Position numbers and translations under genes: made by a program. DNA of 64,000 bases from Coriobacteriales bacterium (GTDB taxonomy: Bacteria; Actinomycetota; Coriobacteriia; Coriobacteriales; UBA8131): positions 13,666 to 77,665 of the forward strand of contig JAISEO010000099.1 of the NCBI GenBank assembly GCA_031264075.1, in the 5' to 3' direction. Every line of letters begins with the position of its first letter. Within the stretch, counting starts at the first letter, position 1. Below, one piece after another: positions 44,019-53,385 of the stretch. The notes below the pieces were generated by a model, which searched no databases, had not been told where the DNA came from, and saw only the letters and a program-made list of their open reading frames with translations.

Positions 44019-44210
44019 ATGACCACGCAGGACATAGAGCAGCGCATCAATGAAGTTAACGGCACGATGGCCATTGAGGGTATGCCCCTGGACAAGACCG
44101 ATGAGGAAAACTTGCGCTCCATCCTGCGCGGCGAGATAAGCTATCAGGAGATGAAGCAGCGTATTCTAGACGAATACCGCCGCGAAGACGTTGCCCATGG
44201 ATACGTATAA
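44019..44210 (+). CDS. VbhA-family antitoxin (Fic inhibitor)
   Basis: 63 aa with the inhibitory motif T-M-A-I-E-G, which fits [S/T]xxxE[G/N]. It overlaps the downstream Fic-like gene. Confidence 0.8.
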   Translation: MTTQDIEQRINEVNGTMAIEGMPLDKTDEENLRSILRGEISYQEMKQRILDEYRREDVAHGYV

Positions 44211-44697
44211 CTATGAATATGAGGGCGACAGCAGGTACTGCTATTCCGGCTCCAACACCCTCATCAATCTGCTCAACATCACCGACCCCAGCTTTGTTGA
44301 GGCCGAACGCAGATATACTGCCGTCACCACAATGGAGGTCAGCGAAAGTCCGGTTCGCGGTAGCTTTGATCTCGCCCATTTGATGGCAATCCACAAGGCC
44401 ATCTTCTTAGATATCTTCGCCTGGGCAGGCAAACTCCGCGATGTGAACATTGCAAAAGGCAATCAGTTCTGCCAGAGCGCATACCTGGTGGATTACGCTA
44501 CCGAGCTGTTCGATAGGTTGAAGGCCGAGAACTATCTTGCCGAAACTGACCCAAGTAAGCTTCCCGTGCGCCTCGCATACGGCTACCATCTCGACTTTTC
44601 TACCGTGACAGACATCGAGATGGTTGAGGCCAGTGTCATGGCGTTCGACCTGGATTACACCAAACTGAATAAGCTGATAGCCCCATCATCACAGTAA
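44191..44697 (+). CDS. Fic-family protein lacking the catalytic HxFx(D/E)GNGRxxR motif (probably inactive)
   Basis: ...YCYSGSNTLINLLNITD...FDLAHLMAIHKAIFLDIFAWAGKLRDVNIAKG...RLAY|GYHLDFSTV.... The flanks match VbhT-type Fic domains, but the ~30 aa carrying HPFxEGNGR are absent and the frame is preserved. Confidence 0.72.
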   Translation: MPMDTYNYEYEGDSRYCYSGSNTLINLLNITDPSFVEAERRYTAVTTMEVSESPVRGSFDLAHLMAIHKAIFLDIFAWAGKLRDVNIAKGNQFCQSAYLVDYATELFDRLKAENYLAETDPSKLPVRLAYGYHLDFSTVTDIEMVEASVMAFDLDYTKLNKLIAPSSQ

Positions 44698-44801
44698 CTT
44701 CCAAAGAGGATAAGCTGGCGTTCAGAAAGGCTGTTCAGCCTAAGAAGAAATGAAACGCAATGAGGGAAAGCCTTGAACGGCGCTTTGCCTGTCAAGGGCT
44801 C

Positions 44802-45380
44802 TCAGCGGAAGAGTTGAAAGAAGAAGGTCTTGCCGCTGGTATCGCCCTTCAGATCCATGATGCAGAGCAGGGTACTCTCGTCAATACGGCGGAAGTAATC
44901 CATGACGGCCAGGCGGTCGTAAACCATGCAGGCGGAGGAGAGGCCGCGGAACTCCATCATACGCAGACGCGCCCCGCTTTTGCGGGTTGCAACATAGGGA
45001 TACGCGCATCTGAACAGCAGGCGAACCAGCGGCCTGGGCAGGCTGTTGAGCCCTACGCTGAGGGGCATCCGCGCGGGATTGGCGCAGAAGGTTGAGCCGC
45101 CTGGCCTCGCAAAGACCATCGGGAAGACGTTCTCGCTGTCGTCGAAACGCTTGCCGTACCAGCCACAGGTAGTCAGCAGCCCTTCCAGGGGATGCCCGGT
45201 GTACACCTCGCGTCCTCGCCAGAGCCCGCAGAGTTCCCCAGCCTCTACGGGTATGAGGCTGTCGAAGAGCTCAAGGGCCTGCCGTTGGGTAAGTCGCGGA
45301 GGCGACTGGGTATCAGCGATGGCATAAGAGCTACCTTCTCCGTTTTGGGTGAGGCTTAGAGGCTGTTGCGTGTCAGGCAT
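44802..45380 (-). CDS. GXWXG / DUF4334 domain protein
   Basis: ...LCGLWRGREVYTGHPLEGLL...WYGKRFDDSENVFPMVF...ARLRMMEFRGLSSACMVYDRLAVMDYFRRID. Start set at the ATG 45380-45378, just downstream of the bioY stop (45375-45373). The upstream part of the 321-aa ORF overlaps bioY and is rejected. Confidence 0.8.
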   Translation of the reverse strand: MPDTQQPLSLTQNGEGSSYAIADTQSPPRLTQRQALELFDSLIPVEAGELCGLWRGREVYTGHPLEGLLTTCGWYGKRFDDSENVFPMVFARPGGSTFCANPARMPLSVGLNSLPRPLVRLLFRCAYPYVATRKSGARLRMMEFRGLSSACMVYDRLAVMDYFRRIDESTLLCIMDLKGDTSGKTFFFQLFR

Positions 45381-46056
45381 GGAGCTGCACCCCCAGGGCG
45401 GCACGCACGGGCTGTACGCAGACGAAGGCGGCGACAGACTTGAGGAGGTCGGGGATGACAAAGGGCAGAACACAGGCGGCCAGAGCCGCTTCGAGGGTGG
45501 CGCCGGTCGACACCATGAACCAGAGGCAGCCGAGGGTGTAGTAGAGAAGCGAAAACACGAGCAGCGACAAAAGGTCCAGCAGCGGCAGGATCCGGGAAGA
45601 GCGACGTGTGCCTCGTGCCGTGGCTTCTTTGGCCGTTGGCGCTGTCTTGGCTGCCTGGGCCGCGTTGTCAGTGGCAAGGAGCAGCGAACTCCGCAGCACG
45701 GCAATGACAACGGCGGCGAGCAGAAATCCCGCCAGAAATCCACCGGTAGGGCCGGCCAGTACGCCAATGCCTCCGCGCAGGCCGGAAAACACCGGCAGAC
45801 CGAGGCAACCCAGGGCCAGGTATCCGCCTACCGCGGCAACCGAATAGGCGGGAGGCAACAGGCAGACCACAATACCCACCATCAGCGTTTGCAGCGTAAA
45901 GGGCACCGGTCCGAGAGGCACGGTGATACAGGCCCCCACGGTAATGAGCGCAATACTCAGCCCCGTGAGAACAAGCCCACGGGTACGTGACCTCCGCGGC
46001 CCCTGCGACCCGCGTAAGCTCCAAATACCTTCCCCATTCGCATGCTTCATCATCAC
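45373..46056 (-). CDS. bioY: Biotin transporter BioY (ECF S-component)
   Basis: ...VPFTLQTLMVGIVVCLLPP...GGYLALGCLGLPVFSGLRGGIGVLAGPTGGFLAGFLLAA is the BioY signature. ATGA overlap with the ftsQ stop. Confidence 0.9.
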   Translation of the reverse strand: MMMKHANGEGIWSLRGSQGPRRSRTRGLVLTGLSIALITVGACITVPLGPVPFTLQTLMVGIVVCLLPPAYSVAAVGGYLALGCLGLPVFSGLRGGIGVLAGPTGGFLAGFLLAAVVIAVLRSSLLLATDNAAQAAKTAPTAKEATARGTRRSSRILPLLDLLSLLVFSLLYYTLGCLWFMVSTGATLEAALAACVLPFVIPDLLKSVAAFVCVQPVRAALGVQLHA

Positions 46057-47126
46057 TCCGCAGCCCTGTAGGTGGCCCGGTTGGCCACACGCACATTGAT
46101 GTAGGTGATCTTCCCCTCGTGTTCTGCGAGAAGGGTGGCTATGGCCTGTTCCTTGGCCTCAATATCCTCCGCGGCACCAAAGGCCACACCCACATTATTG
46201 TACAGCGTCAGCGTCGTCTTAACCGCGTCCGGCGCAGAGATCGAGGCCACCATCTCACGCATTTCCGGTGAGAAGCCCCTGAGCAATGCCAGGGCATTGG
46301 TGACGCCTTCATCGCTTTCCACAGCACCGGACTCAGGCCGCACGGCGGCAGAGACATCCCTGATTTTGGGGAGGGCTACAAAGTCTTCCGCATCTATCTG
46401 CACCCCTTCGTTGCTCGTACTGTTGACCTCCGAAATCCACGTGCCGTTTTCTGTGATAATCCATTGCTTCGTGGTGTCGTTGGCTGTCTCCGGCACGATG
46501 TCCACGACGGCTGCCACCGGCTGCTCTGTTATATGCAGGATAAGCGTGTCGGGAAACACCCGCTCCAGCTCCACCTGCTCTACCCAGGGCTCGGCCACAA
46601 GGCGCCCGGTAATGCCCTGGACATCCGTGCGCAGAAGCGTGGAGTCCTCGGGCACGGCAGCAAGTCCGAGCACATAGCTGCTCTGCAACTTCTCATTGCC
46701 TGCGACCTCCACCCGGGTGATGGCAAAGAGATCGGAGAAGTACAGCGCCAGAAAGCCGCCCACCACTACGACAAGCACCACGAGCACCACGGCGAGCACA
46801 AAGCCTGGGCCACGCCCCTGCGACACGGCAGACCTTCTCTTGGAAGACGACGATGCCGGGCGGCTTGCGGCCTGCGCAGCATTGCGTGAACTCCTGGCGC
46901 CAGGGCGTCTTGCCCGCCGATCTGAGGACCTGCGGCCTGCAGGCGCGTTGTCCGAGTGGCGGCCGGATGAGCTGCCTGGGTCAGATGGGTCCGATCCATC
47001 CAGGACACGAGGCGTGCCCGTGCGCACCTGGCGAGTGGACCTCGCGTGGTCGGGCTCGGCGGGATGGGCCCTTTTATTCGAAGCCGATGAAACGGATCTC
47101 GGTCTGTAGCTCTGTGCCATACTCAT
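46053..47126 (-). CDS. ftsQ: Cell division protein FtsQ/DivIB
   Basis: Arg/Ser-rich cytoplasmic N-terminus, one TM helix, then POTRA ...FAITRVEVAGNEKL...LVAEPWVEQVELERVFPDTLILHITEQ. The annotated start overlaps murB by 53 nt, so the true start may be further downstream. Confidence 0.85.
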   Translation of the reverse strand: MSMAQSYRPRSVSSASNKRAHPAEPDHARSTRQVRTGTPRVLDGSDPSDPGSSSGRHSDNAPAGRRSSDRRARRPGARSSRNAAQAASRPASSSSKRRSAVSQGRGPGFVLAVVLVVLVVVVGGFLALYFSDLFAITRVEVAGNEKLQSSYVLGLAAVPEDSTLLRTDVQGITGRLVAEPWVEQVELERVFPDTLILHITEQPVAAVVDIVPETANDTTKQWIITENGTWISEVNSTSNEGVQIDAEDFVALPKIRDVSAAVRPESGAVESDEGVTNALALLRGFSPEMREMVASISAPDAVKTTLTLYNNVGVAFGAAEDIEAKEQAIATLLAEHEGKITYINVRVANRATYRAAE

Positions 47127-48042
47127 CTTTCACCCGGCGGCGTACTTCCATGATTATAGCAAGCACATCGCCAGCGGTTGCTGAGCCGTTATTAACGATG
47201 AAGTTGGCATGGACCGGCGACACCTCTGCGCCTCCCCTGCGATAGCCCTTGAGGCCCAGATCCTCAATCATCTTGCCAACAGAAGCACCGGGTGGGTTGC
47301 GGAAGACCGAACCGGCAGACGGTTTGGTGAGCGGCTGTGTTGCCTTGCGGCGATTGAGCGACGCCTCCATCTTGGCCCGTATCTGCACGGTATGTCCCGG
47401 CTCGGTTGTAAGCTCGCTCTCGACGATGATGTCGCCCGGCGCAATCCCGCTGGTGCGATAGTTCCATGCCAGTTCACTCTGTGGTATCCGCAGGAGCCCC
47501 ACGCCCGGGCGATAGACGGTGAGCTTGGAGACGATAGTGCCGATGCCCTCGCTCGCCGTGCCGGCGTTCATGGCCAAGGCCCCACCCAAGGTCCCCGGAA
47601 TGCCCACGGCAAACTCAAAACCGCTGTAGCCGTGCTTGAAGGCGGTCTGCACCAGGGTATTGAGGATAACGCCGGCGCCTGCCACAATACTCTGTTGGCC
47701 TGGGGCCTGGGCCGCGCCTGGGCCGTCCTGCTCCAAAGCGTGTTCTGCGGGCAGGGGCGGAGCGACAATCTCCTTGAACTGGCCGATGAGTGTCAGCACG
47801 GCTCCGTGCCATCCCGCATCGCTCACCAGCAGATTGCTGCCTTTGCCCACGATTGCCCAGGGCAGCTGCTCGGCGGACAGCACCTCAAAGCACACGCCCA
47901 GGTCGTGCACGCTCGCACACTCCACATACAGTGCTACCGGCCCTCCGAGATGATAGCTGGTGTGGCGGTTCATCGGCTCGTCCAGATAGACCGTGCCATC
48001 CAGGCGACCTTTGAGTTCGCGGTAGGCGTCAAGCGCGCCCAT
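47074..48042 (-). CDS. murB: UDP-N-acetylenolpyruvoylglucosamine reductase
   Basis: 322 aa; ...YHLGGPVALYVE...VGKGSNLLVSD...AGSVFRNPPG...GGAEVSPVHANFIVN... are MurB hallmarks. Confidence 0.93.
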   Translation of the reverse strand: MGALDAYRELKGRLDGTVYLDEPMNRHTSYHLGGPVALYVECASVHDLGVCFEVLSAEQLPWAIVGKGSNLLVSDAGWHGAVLTLIGQFKEIVAPPLPAEHALEQDGPGAAQAPGQQSIVAGAGVILNTLVQTAFKHGYSGFEFAVGIPGTLGGALAMNAGTASEGIGTIVSKLTVYRPGVGLLRIPQSELAWNYRTSGIAPGDIIVESELTTEPGHTVQIRAKMEASLNRRKATQPLTKPSAGSVFRNPPGASVGKMIEDLGLKGYRRGGAEVSPVHANFIVNNGSATAGDVLAIIMEVRRRVKDEYGTELQTEIRFIGFE

Positions 48043-49484
48043 CAGCAGGCTTCCAGCTCTGCGAGTATTTCCGCCGCCAGATAGGTCACGTCGCCGGCTC
48101 CCATGGTAATGATGAGGCTCCCCGGTTCTGCCAGCCTTGCCATGGCACGAGCCACCAGTTCACGTTGTTCTATCAACCTGAGACGCGCCTGTGGCTTATG
48201 CTGTTTGATGGCGCGGAGCATGCGGTGGGAGTTTATCCCGGGTATCGGGGCCTCTCCTGCGGCATAGACGGGCAGGAGCGTTACCGTCGTGGCGTCGTCA
48301 AAGGCCGTGGCGAACTCGGTGAGGAAGGCCTGGGTGCGCGTGAACCGATGCGGCTGGAACAGCAGGTGCACCGAGGCATAGCCGAGGCCTGCAGCCGCCT
48401 TGAGCGTCGCGTCTATCTCGGTGGGATGATGAGCATAATCGTCTACGACAACCACGCCGGCTGCCTCGCCGATGCGGTCAAAGCGCCGATGCGCCCCCTC
48501 ATAGCTGGACAGCGCGCGGGCGGACTGTCTGCGGTCGAAGCCCAGCCAGTCCAGGGCGGCGAGTGCCGCGGTGGCGTTGAGGAGGTTATGGACGCCGGGC
48601 GATTTCTCGAGCACGAGAGGCACCCGCTCTCCGTCGGCAAAGCAGGCGTCAGAGGTCTTGGTGTCGAGACGCACGTGAGCCGCATCGTCGGTACCATAAC
48701 TCAGAAAGGGCTTGCCACTCTGCTCTGTCAATTCCCTGAGGCCGGGACTGTCAGCACAGACGATGGCAATGCCCTCGTCATCAAGCTTGTCCAGAAAGGC
48801 CAGGAAGGATTGCTTGATCTGTTCGAGGCTCTCGAAGTGATCCATGTGGTCTGCCTCTATATTGGTGATGATGGCGAGGCGGGGATTCAGCTCCACAAAG
48901 GAGGCGTCGGACTCATCGGCTTCCACGACCATGAGGCCACGTTCAGCGCTGCCCCGGATGCCGCCGCCCGCTGAGCCGCCAGGAGAGCCACCTGCAGAGC
49001 TGCGCTCAGAAACATGGGCGCTGGTGTCGTAGGCATTGAGAACCCCGCCGATAAGAAAACTGGGATCCGCCCCCAGCTCTATCAGGGCCGTGGCGAGCAG
49101 GGAGGAAGTCGTCGTCTTTCCGTGGGTGCCGGCCACGGCCAGTATCTCATGGCCCTGACCAAGCCAGGCCAGCATGCGGGCGCGCGGCCACACGGGAATG
49201 CCCCGTTCACGCGCAGCGATAAGCTCCGGATTCGTGGAAGGAATGGCCGTGGAGGCCACCACCAACTCTATCGCAGGGTCAGCCACGTTGGCCGCCTTAT
49301 GCTCAAGGATCAGCTCCACGCCCTCACGGAGCAGGGCCTGCACGTAGCTACTCTCCCGGAGATCGGAACCGGAGACACACAGGCCGCTCTTGTGGGCCAC
49401 ATAGGCAAGCCCGGCCATGCCGGATCCGGCCATGCCCACGAAGTGGACACGATGATAGCGTGTATCTGCAGAATCCTTACTCAA
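48042..49484 (-). CDS. murC: UDP-N-acetylmuramate--L-alanine ligase
   Basis: HFVGMAGSGMAGLA, AVAGTHGKTTTSSL, and the Mur ligase C-domain. ATGA overlap with murB. Confidence 0.93.
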   Translation of the reverse strand: MSKDSADTRYHRVHFVGMAGSGMAGLAYVAHKSGLCVSGSDLRESSYVQALLREGVELILEHKAANVADPAIELVVASTAIPSTNPELIAARERGIPVWPRARMLAWLGQGHEILAVAGTHGKTTTSSLLATALIELGADPSFLIGGVLNAYDTSAHVSERSSAGGSPGGSAGGGIRGSAERGLMVVEADESDASFVELNPRLAIITNIEADHMDHFESLEQIKQSFLAFLDKLDDEGIAIVCADSPGLRELTEQSGKPFLSYGTDDAAHVRLDTKTSDACFADGERVPLVLEKSPGVHNLLNATAALAALDWLGFDRRQSARALSSYEGAHRRFDRIGEAAGVVVVDDYAHHPTEIDATLKAAAGLGYASVHLLFQPHRFTRTQAFLTEFATAFDDATTVTLLPVYAAGEAPIPGINSHRMLRAIKQHKPQARLRLIEQRELVARAMARLAEPGSLIITMGAGDVTYLAAEILAELEAC

Positions 49485-49754
49485 TGCGCTCCTTGCAACT
49501 CCTCAGACAGGGGTATCGTGGCTCAGCTTGTGTTGGGTGATTTTCAGGGAAGCGAGGATTAATGCTTGTATACCAGATTTCGAGTCAGTTTGCCTCAGGT
49601 CTGTTTGTGCGTGTGATGCCACTACTTGCGGTAATGGCGTCATGCGTACGGGCAGAGCTTAAGGCACACTGGCCGAAAGATGGTGTGCAATGATTAATCA
49701 TCGCTTCCCTCGATGGATAGTACCATAAAAACACCCCTGTGGTATGCTACAGCA

Positions 49755-51350
49755 ATGAAACGTAACGAACCTACGGTTGCTCGTTCTGCTGCCCTCATGT
49801 CTGTGGCGACCCTCTGCTCGCGCGTCACGGGACTGGCCCGTACGTGGGCAATGGCCTTTGCCCTGGGCAATACGCTCGTTTCCTCGGCCTATCAGCTTGC
49901 CAACACCATGCCTAACATGATTTACGAGCTGGTAGCCGGTGGCCTGCTCAACGCGGCCTTTGTACCGCTGTACCTCCTGCAGACCGAGAAGTTCGGGAGG
50001 GAGGGAGGCAACCGCTACGCCTCCAACCTCCTCAACATCGTGGTGCTTGTCATGGGTATACTCGCTGTGCTCGCCACGGTGTTTGCCCCTCAGGTCATCG
50101 CTACCCAGACCTTTACCCAGCAACTCGACGGTGAGGTCGCGGCGGTCGCGGTAGACTTCTTCCGTATCTTCGCCTTCCAGCTGCTTTTCTACGGCATCGG
50201 CGGTGTGGTGACGGCCCTGCTCAACGCCAACCGCGTCTATTTTCTGCCCTCTGTTGCCCCCGCCCTCAACAATGCCGTCGTGATAGTGAGCTTTATCGCC
50301 TACACCTTCCTGCTCCCCGCAGACTCCGGGCTCGCCCTCATCGTGCTCGCGGTGGGTACCACGCTGGGCGTAGTCGTGCAGATGGCTGTGCAGATACCCG
50401 CCCTCGCCAGACAGGGATTCAAGTGGACGCTGCGCATGGACTTCAGAGATCCGGGCCTTATCGACACCCTCAAGACCGGCGTGCCGATGATCATCTATCT
50501 CGTGGGAATGTTTGCCGCCTTTACGTTCCGGAATGCCTTCAGTCTGGTGAGCGGTGACGACGGGCCCTCAACGCTTGCCTATGCCTGGGTCTGGTTTCAA
50601 CTGCCGCACGGCATTATCGCCGTCTCGCTCTCGCGCGCGCTCTTTACCGAGATGTCCCGGGCGGCCGCCGCCGAGGACATGCCTGCCTTCCGGCGCTATA
50701 TGCGCAGCGGCATCACGGGCACGCTTCTCATCGTCATCCCCCTGGCCGGACTGATGTGTGTGCTCTCCGAGCCGCTCATGCAGATCTTCCGGGCGGGTGC
50801 CTTCAATGCCGATGACGTGGCCTATGTGGGTTCTGTGCTGAGCGCGTGGGTCATCGCCCTGCCCTTCTATTCGCTCCAACTCTATCTCTTCAACGTGTTT
50901 GCCTCGCTTCGCCGCTTCATGACCTTCTCACTCATCTGCACCGGCTTCTGTGCCCTGCAATGCGCGCTCTACGCACTGCTCTCCTCGCCCGAACTGCTGG
51001 GGCTTATCGGTATCTGCGTGTCGGACAGCATCTATTACGCGGTAACGGTTGTCATACTGTTGGCGGTGCTGCATCGCGCCGTGGGAGAAGTGGGCCTTAA
51101 GCGAGCGCTTATGAGCGCCGGCAAGGCCCTCGCGGCCACCCTCATAGGCATGGGCGTCGTAGCGCTGGCCCTGGCATTCCTCCCCCATTGGAGCGGGCCT
51201 GCAGGCGGTTTTGTCATGGTGCTGCTCTACGGCGGCGTGGCGCTCGTGGGCATCCTCGGGCTGTATCGATTCATGCGGGTGCAGGAGATGGAGCAGTTTA
51301 CCGGCGCCGCGAAACGCCTGTTCAAGCGGCTGTTTTCGAGGGAACACTGA
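49755..51350 (+). CDS. murJ: Lipid II flippase MurJ
   Basis: ...RSAALMSVATLCSRVTGLARTWAMAFALGNTLVSSAYQLANTMPNMIYELVAGGLLNAAFVPLY. Start chosen at MKRNE; TATGCT (49743-49748) lies 6 nt upstream and there is no SD. The ORF is open from 49713. Confidence 0.9.
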   Translation: MKRNEPTVARSAALMSVATLCSRVTGLARTWAMAFALGNTLVSSAYQLANTMPNMIYELVAGGLLNAAFVPLYLLQTEKFGREGGNRYASNLLNIVVLVMGILAVLATVFAPQVIATQTFTQQLDGEVAAVAVDFFRIFAFQLLFYGIGGVVTALLNANRVYFLPSVAPALNNAVVIVSFIAYTFLLPADSGLALIVLAVGTTLGVVVQMAVQIPALARQGFKWTLRMDFRDPGLIDTLKTGVPMIIYLVGMFAAFTFRNAFSLVSGDDGPSTLAYAWVWFQLPHGIIAVSLSRALFTEMSRAAAAEDMPAFRRYMRSGITGTLLIVIPLAGLMCVLSEPLMQIFRAGAFNADDVAYVGSVLSAWVIALPFYSLQLYLFNVFASLRRFMTFSLICTGFCALQCALYALLSSPELLGLIGICVSDSIYYAVTVVILLAVLHRAVGEVGLKRALMSAGKALAATLIGMGVVALALAFLPHWSGPAGGFVMVLLYGGVALVGILGLYRFMRVQEMEQFTGAAKRLFKRLFSREH

Positions 51351-51441
51351 GCGGAGCATCCGTGAGTCTCGCTGGCAGAGTCGCGGCAAAACTCCCCGGC
51401 CCAGGCTCCCCTGCTCAGCTTACATCCGCCTTGCTGCGCGC

Positions 51442-53253
51442 TCAGGAGCCTTCAGATAGCAGGTAGCAGCCCAGCAGATCCAGGAGCCTTGCCAGATCGA
51501 TGGGCTTACCGATGTGCGCGTTCATGCCGGCATCGAGCGCCTGCTCGATGTCCTCACGAAACACATTCGCCGTCATCGCGATAACCGGAACCGCCTGTGC
51601 TTCGGGCGTCTCGAGCGCGCGTATCTTCCGCGTAGCCGTGTAGCCGTCCATCTCCGGCATCTGCACATCCATGAGTATGAGATCGTAGCGCACGGGGTCG
51701 TCCTCAAACATCGCGAGGGCCTCCACGCCGTTTTGCGCCTCATCGATGCGTACGCCGGTAGGCTCAAGCAGTGCGTTGACTATCGTGCGGTTGACCTCGA
51801 TGTCCTCTACCAGGAGGATGCAGTAGGCCGAAAGATCGATGTCGAAATCAGCCTCGCTCAGCTCCTCTGCCCTCTCACCTTGCTGCTGTTCTTCTCCCGT
51901 GCTGTCGTCGGCTATGGGCAGGCTGACCGTAAAGGAAAAGGTTGAGCCCCGGCCCAGCTCTGACTCCAGCCAGATGCTGCCGCCCATGGCCTCGACAATG
52001 CGCTTGGAGATGGCGAGCCCAAGCCCGGTGCCTCCGTAGGCGCGTGAGATGCCGGCCTCTGCCTGCTCAAAGGACTTGAACAGGCGCGATTTCTGCTCGT
52101 CGCTGATGCCGATGCCGTGGTCTTCCACGTCAACGCGCAGGGTACAGACTCCGTCCGCCTCGTCAAGCAGGACGACATCGAGGAGGATGGTGGCACCTTC
52201 AGGCGAGAACTTGACGGCGTTGGCCAGCAGATTGGTGATGACCTGTGCCAGGCGCTGGTCGTCGCCAATGAGCAGGGATGGGAGACGCTCATCCACCTTG
52301 ACCTCGATGTTCTGGCCGACATCCGCAGCGCGGAACCCAGTGACGTTGCTCACCATTGAGATGACCTTGCGCAGGTCAAACGGGAGCTCGGACAATACCA
52401 GCTTGTTGGCCTCTATTTTGGACATATCAAGAATGTCGTTGATGATGCCCAGCAGGTGATTGGATGCGTCGTTAATCTGTTCAAAATAGTGGTCCTTCTC
52501 CGAGGGACCGCTGACTCGCTTGCCTATGGTCGTCATGCCGATGATGGCGTTCATGGGAGTGCGTATCTCATGGCTCATGTTCGAGAGAAAATCGCCCTTG
52601 GCGCGCGATGCCTCCTCCGCCCGTAACAACTCGTTTTCTGCCTCGCGCCGTGCGCGCGTGGTCTCGCGGTCCTGATACTTGAGAACCAGCGAGATGAGGA
52701 CAGCCGCGCCGACGAATGAGGTGCAGATATCGACGTAGACCAGAAAATCACTCGCGATGGGCGTGACCAATCCGTGATAGAAATGATCGAGCGTGTAGCA
52801 GACGAGACAGGTGATGATATAGAGCACGAGCGCGATATAATAACTCCTGCCGTCGAGCATGACGGCGATCATCACCACGCCGAGGATGAAATAGGCCACC
52901 ATGCCGCTGTTCATGCCGCCGCCCGAGAAGAAGATGAAGGGGAAGACGATGAAGCAGGTAGTGCCCACGACGATGAGTCCGCCCACGTCGTAGGCCCGCT
53001 TCCAATTGCATAAAACGAGCAGGGCAACAAGCAGCGCGACCAGTACGGCGGTTGATACCACGGAGATGACGGAGGACGCCTGAATCATCGTAGAGACGAG
53101 TCCAAACACCGAGCCCCCAAGGCACAGGATTATCGTCATATTGAACAGCCTGCCCCTGAGGGGCATATCGGTACTCAGGACATAGGCATTGAACAGATGT
53201 CGGATTTTCTTGAACACGCAACCATCCTTGTATACAGCGACAATACAACCCAC
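51442..53253 (-). CDS. Hybrid sensor histidine kinase / response regulator
   Basis: Polytopic N-domain, HisKA FLSNMSHEIRTPMNAIIGM, HATPase (GTGLGLAISKRIVE), and a receiver domain ILLVEDIEVNR...DLILMDVQMPEMDG. No cognate regulator is adjacent. Confidence 0.9.
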   Translation of the reverse strand: MGCIVAVYKDGCVFKKIRHLFNAYVLSTDMPLRGRLFNMTIILCLGGSVFGLVSTMIQASSVISVVSTAVLVALLVALLVLCNWKRAYDVGGLIVVGTTCFIVFPFIFFSGGGMNSGMVAYFILGVVMIAVMLDGRSYYIALVLYIITCLVCYTLDHFYHGLVTPIASDFLVYVDICTSFVGAAVLISLVLKYQDRETTRARREAENELLRAEEASRAKGDFLSNMSHEIRTPMNAIIGMTTIGKRVSGPSEKDHYFEQINDASNHLLGIINDILDMSKIEANKLVLSELPFDLRKVISMVSNVTGFRAADVGQNIEVKVDERLPSLLIGDDQRLAQVITNLLANAVKFSPEGATILLDVVLLDEADGVCTLRVDVEDHGIGISDEQKSRLFKSFEQAEAGISRAYGGTGLGLAISKRIVEAMGGSIWLESELGRGSTFSFTVSLPIADDSTGEEQQQGERAEELSEADFDIDLSAYCILLVEDIEVNRTIVNALLEPTGVRIDEAQNGVEALAMFEDDPVRYDLILMDVQMPEMDGYTATRKIRALETPEAQAVPVIAMTANVFREDIEQALDAGMNAHIGKPIDLARLLDLLGCYLLSEGS

Positions 53254-53385
53254 GGAAGTGCCCCGTAAGTGCTCGGGCTCCCATTATCCCAGATTGACTG
53301 AATCGAGGCAATGCACTCCACCACTAATCCGGCAAATCTTGGAATCCGGGTCTTCACTTTGCGTTTTACGTGTATACTTAGGAGC

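Noticed and set aside
45381-45767. N-terminal 129 codons of the 321-aa ORF 44802-45767.
   Set aside because: This part overlaps bioY out of frame and translates to Pro/Arg/Cys-rich nonsense. The GXWXG/DUF4334 homology starts only after the internal ATG at 45380, which lies just downstream of the bioY stop.
49690-49701. 12-nt perfect palindrome ATGATTAATCAT in the murC/murJ divergent region, considered as an operator.
   Set aside because: It is a short AT palindrome of a kind expected by chance in an AT-richer spacer. There is no second copy or associated regulator to support a function.
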